From the human T2T-CHM13v2.0 reference genome, Homo sapiens, in the NCBI RefSeq assembly GCF_009914755.1, contig NC_060932.1: 64,000 nt of DNA; one strand, 5' to 3'. Within the stretch, counting starts at the first letter, position 1. Every line of letters starts with the position of its first letter. Shown one piece after another: positions 55,340 through 64,000 of this stretch. The translations under genes and the position numbers were made by a program. The notes under the pieces are model-generated. The model saw only the letters and a list, made by a program, of their open reading frames with translations, was not told the DNA's origin and searched no databases.

Positions 55340-56439
55340 AAAGTCACACATGATGTCCTCTCTTCCCACATATACATAACCTTCCCATTATCAACATCCC
55401 CTGGCAAAGGGGATTGTAATATTTGTTATAATTTATGAACCTACACGGACACATCATTACCATGTAAAGTCCATAATTTACAGTAGAGTTTACTCTGGGT
55501 GTTGCACATTATATGGATTTAGGCAATAGACTCTGTAATAAATAGACTGTTCAAGATGTGGTTGTTGAGTGTAGGGGAGAAGAAACATTCTGCAGTCCTA
55601 TGATTAGGTCACAGTCTTTTATTGAGCCTGTGCTGCTGGGCTGTACACTTCACAAATGCTTCTCAATTTTATTACCCTTTTCAGGTAAGACAGGATGGCT
55701 AGAGGGGGCTGGAGTTTGTAACTCCATTTCTCCCAAGTCAATTAGACTCTGATAAAATATGAAATAGTTTCTTTTGAAGACAGGACTTGTTAAGTAAGAA
55801 GAACAGTATCCTCTGTTGTATTTCAAAATGTCTCCTTTTCCCCTCCTCCTGTGAGAAGCCAGATGATATTTTTGTGTCATCTTTACTGTGAGAACCTGGT
55901 AGAGGCCCTGGAGGTAAAACTCACACAAGTGTGGGGTTTCCCTATGACTAGACTCCCTCCCCTGAATTTTTTTTTTTTGGTCTCAGACTTGTCCATATTC
56001 TGCTTCCAAAAATTCATGAATTACGTTTACTTTTTCCTTCCCCGGGACTGGTTATGGGTTTTGGCTGCTGGCAAGCTGGGATTCCCCATGTCCCCCTATC
56101 AGTCTCCAGTTCTGGAGACAATGGTTTGTCCTGTGGCCCTCCTTCTCTGATGGATCTAAGAGAAGTTGTTGACTTTCAGTTTGTTCAGTTTTGACTTTTT
56201 GTCAGGATAAAGAGATGACTCCCAAATGTCTTACATGCCAGACTGGAAATCAGAAGCCTCAAATACGATTTTTTACAAATTTGGTGATATATGTACCAAA
56301 AGTTTGAATATGAAGACCTAAATTACCTTGCCATTTTTAGCAGATCTTGAAATTTTACTTTTATTCATTTCTTCACTCATTTCCTATGAAACAATATGAT
56401 GCAACTTATCTTGAGAGGACCTAACTCAAGTCTATTAAG

Positions 56440-56602
56440 TGGCCCTCATTGAAATTACTGGCTTCAGAGCCAGTTACAGTGAGGCAGGGAACATAAAGCC
56501 AATTCACACTGACTTCCTAGAACTGAATAAAATGGAAACACCTCAGCAATGACAGAAATGTGAATGGCTTTATAACTTCACTTCATCCTCCCCATTTACA
56601 TA

Positions 56603-56656
<54 letters not shown>

Positions 56657-56888
56657 TGAGTTCCTCTTCATTTATATAGAGTGCATACCAAGTAAATGTC
56701 TTTGTAACTTTACTTCATTCTCTTCTTTGATATAGGACATGCACCAAGTAACCAGTGGGAAACCTCTAGAGGGTATTGAAACCCCAGAACATTCTGTAAC
56801 CTGGGCTTCTGAGCCCCTAGGCTTGGGCCTGCTCCCACACTGTGAAGTGTAATGCCAAGAACCTGGACACCTTCAACCAGTTACAACA
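56440..56888 (+). mobile_element. LTR48/LTR29-like ERV1 solo LTR with internal (CA)n; polyA-signal segment apparently deleted
   Basis: Repeated ttcatttacatagg..accaagtaa units; ctagagggtattgaaaccccaga; gccaagaacctggacacc. Confidence 0.65.
56606..56654. repeat. (CA)n microsatellite
   Basis: Pure CA run. Confidence 0.97.
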
Positions 56889-57222
56889 GGACCACATGAG
56901 GAAAAAAAAGTTTTATTATTTAGTTATACTTGAAAATAATTTTCCTTGAAAAAAGATATTGCCTATCTTGCTGACCTCATATGCCAACTATTGTCTTCCT
57001 TGATCTTGTATTTCCTAAAGATTCATTTATTGAATAGGTGAACATTTGGTTTCAGCCTGTCGCCAGGTTAAAAAAAATACCAGAAAGGAACTTGTAGTGA
57101 ATTCTTTGAAATTCTAAAACTCTTCTAATACATGGCAGTATTTCTGAGGCAACTATATAGCTTCTCCAAGTGATCACATAAAAAAATACAGTGAATTTTT
57201 TAAACCACCGCTAATACAGATA

Positions 57223-57458
57223 CAGATGGTCCTGACATGGGATGGCTTCACTTAAAATTTTTTGTCTTTACTATGGATTTATCAGGACATGACTCCGTTG
57301 TAAGTCTAGGAGCATTTGGACTTGAGATGGTTTGACTTACAATTTTTCAGCTTTATGATGGGTTTATAAGGGTATTAAATGCATTTGTGACTTATGATAT
57401 TTCTGACTTACGCTGGGTTTATTGGGACATAATTCCACCTTAAATCAAACAACATCTG
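57223..57458 (-). mobile_element. MER47B/C-like (Tigger5-family) MITE
   Basis: TA|cagatggtcc...catctg|TA with internal ggtattaaatgcattt..gacttatgatattt. Confidence 0.8.
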
Positions 57459-58119
57459 TATACTGAAGTCATAAAAAGAAAACAGTACAAAGCTGCATAC
57501 TATGGTTATCCAATTAATGCTAGTTATGATTAACTCTCTAACAATTCATGTACATAGGCAGCTGTGTACTGGGATAGTCATAAAAGATTTCACAATTTTT
57601 GCCTATATTTTGCTTTTTACTTTCAACAGTTTAGTTTTGGAAATCATAAGCATTTACTGGAGAACCAAAATTTATTCCAAGTTACACCACAAATTAGCTC
57701 CAGAATTAATTGGAATTCAGGTACTTTCAGTAATTCATCTTTTTCAGAATATGACAGAGTAAATTAGTTGTGATTGAAAAAATAGCGTTTACCTTTAGTT
57801 TTAAGTTTCAGAGTTGGTCTGAAATGTTAATGGAAGCACATTACTAGCCCAAATTCAGTTGACTATGAAAATGTCTACACATAGTTTTATGAACTTCAAT
57901 GTATGCAGAAAAGACATATTTTAACCTAAATATTTTAGCAAACAATTAAATATGAGAAAACGTCCTGGTAAAAGCACTGGTAGATTTCAAAGGCTTACTT
58001 TCTGTAATCCATGGGAAATAACTGGTTGGTCCTTTACTTGTCCTCACACTAGCAAACTGTGGTTGGGAAAATATAATTAAAAACAGAATTCTCTTCCAGC
58101 TCAGGATAGGGGAGAAAAA

Positions 58120-58537
58120 GTAGTATCTTTTTTTTTGTCTGAGACCACTATAACAAAAGACAGATTAACAAGAGAAAATCACCCAAATTTATTTGATGTG
58201 AGCATTATGTGATATGCAAGCCTTCAGCAAAGAAGACCCAAGAAACAGAAAAATAATACGTATTTTTATGAACAGTCATGCAGAGGTATGATTGAGAGAC
58301 AAAACGGTATGATCTAATTGGAATAAACTAGGAGAAAATGGTAAGTCCTGTTTGTTTAGATTCTTGGTCACTATGAGTCTTTGGCTTATTTTCTGCTGGG
58401 TGTAGGCAGAACAGTTGCTTCAGAGGAAGGTCAGATAAATCTTTTATAGCACGCTTCCGGGGAAAAAGGTGGGAGAAGGTCAGAGGGTGACATTCTCACT
58501 TCCGCAGTTTTCTCAGTTTCCTTCAGTTTAAAGTAGT
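58120..58537 (-). mobile_element. MER34/MER39-family ERV1 LTR, nested
   Basis: ctataacaaaagacagattaacaagagaaaa...aaatttattt...gagaaggtcagag...ccttcagtttaaagta. Confidence 0.7.
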
Positions 58538-58621
58538 CTGAGAAGGAGCATGTTCTAAGTTGGAAACTTCTTTACAAATGTAATAGAGAAATCAAATAGT
58601 TTTATTATTGAATTAGAATTA

Positions 58622-59072
<451 letters not shown>

Positions 59073-61826
59073 CTATAGGATAACTAACCCTCCCCTAAGA
59101 GGACTTGACAGCCCCATTTGTCACACACAGTTAATCCTAAATGCACTTGGTAATTGGGGTAACTATCTGCCATAGCTATTTGGCTTTATTAAGGTAAAAA
59201 ACCAAACTTTTTGTATCTTCATGATAAGAGAGAGTTTTGCAATTTGGAGCAAGGCTCCTATGTTCCCACAGAAACAGGGAGATAGGAGCACTACCTTGAT
59301 ATTTATATTTCAGACAGATGGTTTCCGGTCCTTAAGACAGACATTCCTAGATTATAAAACTGTAAAAAGGACGATCTAGTTTTCAAAAGGATTTGTGCAT
59401 TTCAAAGAGTGGAGACAGTACTTACAAGTTTTCTAAAGTAAATGCTCTGAGAAAAATAAGGGGAGGGAAATCTCATCCCTTATTTTCAACAGGGCAAATT
59501 AAGGCTCTCAGTTGGTATTGATACAAATTATGGCAGAGTTGGGAGTATACAGTAGATGAGTTAAAATAGAAAAAAATTCTAATTAACATCTATTTTATCA
59601 TTATTCCTCTTTGTGTAGGATTTTGTATAAGCCTAAACTCAGCCAATGAAAACGTATTTAAGAAGTAAGGAAATGAGACAGTGAAGGAACAAAACATTGC
59701 AGTGGGCTAGAGCTGAGTCTTTCTTTTTAACAAAAGAAATGCTTCAGGAAGCATTAGCACCGTATCTCCTTATTCCAACTCTCCTACCATTAATTCGCTC
59801 TGAGCATGAAATTACTTGTGTGCAGAGTGCACCCCTGATAAAGGTAATTCCAGTGCACAATAAAAAAGGGGCACTTATTAGGCAATACCAAATCACCCTG
59901 AGCATGTGTCTAGGTACAAACAGGTTCCTTAAATTGTCTGAGTCATAGTGACAGTTGATAAGAGCTGAAACGAAACGATCCATCCCCCAAAATGAAAAGG
60001 TCATAACGGGTGATCTTTTCTGTAGAAATGTCTCTTGTGTTAGAAGAGGTCTGTTCTCTGGGCAGACAACATCTTATTTCTTCACACACAGTGCTGTAGA
60101 GCTTTAGAGAACCAGAGACAAGAACAATATGTCTCTCATTGATTATCACTTTAAAATCAAAGTGTCTTGGGTCCTTTAAAGTTATTGCTGAAAGTGAGCA
60201 GAGTACAGAAGCTAAGCTCCAACACCATGAAAATATACATAGATAATGAGGTCTCAACCACACTCCAGTCAGTTAATTATTTATTGGATTCTTCTTACGT
60301 GACAACCTCTTTTAAGAAATTAATTCAGGACAACAAATACCAAAGACTACCAATTTACAAGGATACATGCAACAGAACCAGCAATGTCAAAGAGCATTGA
60401 AATCACTTATAAAATAGGTTGTTATTAAAAGGCACATCTGAAAACTTCTTCTAAAGCTAAGTGGATCTGGGCCTTGTCAAATCAAGGTGGGAAATAAAAT
60501 TTCACCTTGCAGTTGCAGCCTCTCTAGTGAAGGGATCTGGGCTGTGCTAGCATCAGTTCAAAGTCTGTGATGATGCACAAGAAAGATGCATCTGACTTTG
60601 AAATGGCCATGTACTTCTGTGGTCATAGAAATCAGTTATTGGTTTGGATTAGATTTGGCAACAAAAGATACAAAATGCAAACCCCCCTGGGGTGCATGTT
60701 TCTTCACATTCCTCAGGATTTAAATAAAGAGAGTTGAGAAATTCCAGCCTGTAGTTGGCTGGAGGAAATATCTGATCACTCACAAAGGAAATGAGGAGGG
60801 AGGGAAGGAGAAAATCCAGGTTAATCTCACTGCTTTTTGTTCAGTGGTAAACAGTTGGTGTTTCCTTTTTCCTCATTTTTAAGGAAGAAAATACGTATTA
60901 GAAAATATGAAAAGATAAGAAGAAAGACATTACATTAATCTAAAATCACTTTTCTAGGTGGATTTTTTTTTCTTGGGGTTTGGATTAATGTTTGATCCCA
61001 TTTCAGTCTCATGTCTGCCCAATAAAAATTACAATAGGTTGACCTCTGGCTGAGCCACTGACTTACCTCCTCTTCTCCTAAGCCACTGAGTACCTGGGTA
61101 GGTACAAAGTTTCTAAACAGAGATGCTTAATGCATCAGAATCATCCCTTCCATCTTTTCAGGTTGCTTCCTATATTTCAAATCTGCTCTGCCTGAGGGTA
61201 TCTCAGGTAAATATCTACGTAAAATCAGTGTAAATTTTAAACCACCAAACTTCATTTCTAAAATGCTTATCTATAACTTTATAACTCACTGAGAAGTTTG
61301 AAAGTCGAGTTTTCTGGAGAAGCACAATTAGACCCCAGTACTCTTCTTGGGGGCATCACATCTTATGCTAACCTACATTTTTACAATTTCCGGCTTATTT
61401 GTCAGCACAAGCCATGTGTGAAGTGTGCATGGATCTAGATGGGTTGAGAATCTTTGCTTGTCCTGCTCTAGGTTCCTGCATATGTCTCTCTCTCTCTTTT
61501 TTTTTTTTTTTTTAAACCTAGTTTCAATTGTCCCAGTCTGTTTTACTGCAATAAGACTTAGAATGATCTGGACAGTCTGGCCCACTGGGGAGCATATCCT
61601 TTCTCAGATTTTTTCCACATTTTCTGCTCATGTGTTTTGGCCTTAATTCTCCACTCTTACTTCTCAAAGGACCATTAGAAGGGTGATATCATTGCACCAC
61701 AGTGTGATATGAAGTATGAAAGAGGAATGGCTGTTTTTCATCCTGAGGCAAGTGCTTAATTCATAATTGTATATGAGAGGCAGTGTGGAGGGGCAGAATT
61801 AGAGATGTGAAAATGTTTATAAGTAA

Positions 61827-62213
<387 letters not shown>

Positions 62214-62569
62214 TAGCTCCTTCTTAAAGTAGTGAAATCATCTTGCCAAACGGAGACTCTTATCCCCTTAATATAGAATACACAGATACAGAGCTGTTAT
62301 GCTGTGGGGAAGAAGAGCTGAAGCTCCATAAGGTCTGTTTTTTAATCCAAGTCCCTCTGTAACCCTTAGGTTATTTTATAAAACCCCAGGGTTCCAGGAA
62401 CCAAAGTTGCTAACTGTATTCAAGACAGTGCACTCGCATCCAGAATCTTATGCCTCACTTTTCTTGCTAACTATACATATTGTCAAAAGAACCTCTGACC
62501 TCGTAAATAATAGTAATTGGGAAAAAAAAAGTTTAATTTGACAGAACTTCACCCATGCAACCCTGTTTC

Positions 62570-62780
62570 CATTCCTGAGCCATTCCTCCCTTGCTGAGTT
62601 CTGGGAGCCCTTTGTATTAGTACGTATCATTTGTCATTTAAATGTAGGAACTTGTATTGCTCTTATCACTTGATTTCCCTCTTATTTTCAAGACCAGAGA
62701 CGTCTAGAGACCAGCAACTGAATTTTATAACTGTTTGCCTTCCAGCACTTATATCAGTGGGCAGTGCTTACCAAACTCTC
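62570..62780 (+). mobile_element. LINE-2 3' fragment
   Basis: tagagaccagcaactg...ccttccagcactta...gtgcttaccaaa, degenerate L2 3' end. Confidence 0.4.
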
Positions 62781-62979
62781 TGTGTGTGTGTGTGTTTCTG
62801 TCCACAGTGATGATAATAACTTTCAGATATTGGGGGAAAAAATATTTCAAAACAATTTTGAGTTTAAATGAATTATGTTTCTGTACATGATTTCTTTTCA
62901 CTGTTTTTACAATATTAAGTAAAGTGTGGATTTGAAGCTTTGCTAATATTCGCAGCTTACCAAGTGGCCAAGAAGGTTT

Positions 62980-63169
62980 TGACACCTTCCCTTCATCTTG
63001 ACTGAACTTCATCTAATTTCTTACTGAGTAGGCTCCTGACCAGTGTCCTGATGTCTCCTTTTAAAGATAATTTACTTTAGAATACTTGCAATTATAAATC
63101 ATTTCTCTGCCCTTTTGAGGTGTAAATCTTTTTAAAAAATCCTCTTGATAGTGTTATAACCCAGGACTA
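62980..63169 (+). mobile_element. MER31-like ERV1 LTR, 5' part
   Basis: tttactttagaatacttgcaattataaatcatttctctgcccttttgaggtgtaaatct. Confidence 0.65.
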
Positions 63170-63569
63170 TGCTGGGGCTCAGAAATAAATACCCTAACAT
63201 ATGGCACGTTGACATATTGGGCAAGAGAAAAAGCCTCAAGGTCCCTCTGACCTTCCTCCCACCACATCTTCTGTTTTTCAATCCTCTGTCTACCCTAAAG
63301 CAAAGGATGAAGTTGTTCTCTAAAGTTCCCTAATCTGCATAAAGTTCAGATCTGTCAAAGAAGAAAACAATCACCTCTGGTCCCTTCCCTGAGTTTTCAT
63401 TAACTGAAATCATATTGCAGAAGGAAAGACTAAAGTCTGTCAACACGCATGGACAGACTTCAGTTGCATCTATTGTCTACTCTATGAGACCAACAGACTT
63501 TTTCCCAGGCCATGTATGTTCTTAAAAACCAATTAATTGCCCTAAAAATTATTTACTACCTCCCTAATG
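63170..63569 (+). mobile_element. MER39-like ERV1 LTR, 5' part, nested in MER31
   Basis: tgctggggctcagaaataaatacccta..atatggc...ctctgaccttcctcc...ccctgagttttcattaactgaa. Confidence 0.7.
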
Positions 63570-64000
63570 TGAAAGCACCTTTGCAAAAATTATATTTGTG
63601 AGAAAATAATAACAGTGAAAGAGGTCTGACCTAACTGACTCCATCTTGCTTTCAACCTCCAAGCTGTCCTTGTTCATTCCTGGGTTCAGGACAAACTAAC
63701 TAACTTAGTTTACAGTTTAAAACAAAGGTGATAGTAGCCCTTTCCCAAAATTTGCTTTTGTAAGACTAATCCCAAAACTGGTTGTCTAAGACTAACAAGT
63801 TAGCCACAAAATTAGAAATTATGATTTAGGAGTCATGCAATTACAGGTCACCAGATTCTAAATGTCGCCAGTTGCTCCTAGGAATAATATCACTATTGTA
63901 AAACTTGAGATTGGTGCTTGAGGTATTTTTCAGACCTTTCACTTGATGGATCAGGTGGTGCCATCCAAATCAATAAATCAGCTCATCTGGTCTTATGGCC
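63570..64000 (+). mobile_element. LTR8-family (LTR8A/B-like) ERV1 LTR, runs off the window
   Basis: tgaaagcacctttgcaaaaattata...ctgacctaactgactccatcttgct..aacctccaagctgtccttgttcattcctggg. Confidence 0.85.

Larger units (their letters stand above)
47550..56200 (-). mobile_element. Near-full-length old L1 (L1MC/L1MD-type) with nested insertions
   Basis: 3' UTR at 47550; ORF2 body to about 52160 including endonuclease remnants (51659-51871 ASKYMRQKLIELQ..FNTTLS); ORF1 remnant 52843-53079 (PKHIIF..RITFNFSSETMQ); 5' region to about 56200. Confidence 0.85.

Overview
This is AT-rich, CpG-depleted primate (very likely human) intergenic or deep intronic DNA. I found no protein-coding gene, structural RNA gene, CpG island or CRISPR array. 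Every listed ORF I can recognise is a decayed transposon frame: ERVL gag/pol, L1 ORF1/ORF2, Tigger2 transposase or antisense Alu. Most of the window is interspersed repeat: two old LTR33-type ERVL proviruses head-to-head (about 6.0-13.8 kb on -, about 29.2-35.0 kb on +), a partial Tigger2, a near-full-length nested L1MC/MD (47.5-56.2 kb), 13 Alus, and a cluster of MER4-group ERV1 solo LTRs (54.8-64 kb). Subfamily names come from my recall of consensus sequences and need RepeatMasker/Dfam confirmation; most boundaries are approximate. The signal that repeat annotation does not explain is a set of four same-strand short duplications copied from 1.2-2.9 kb away, three of which visibly interrupt a host repeat, plus a fold-back hairpin inserted in ERVL gag. 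Together they look like scars of template-switch DNA repair. A few unique islands carry dense TF-motif clusters and are candidate enhancers. I see no evidence of a new gene-encoded system.
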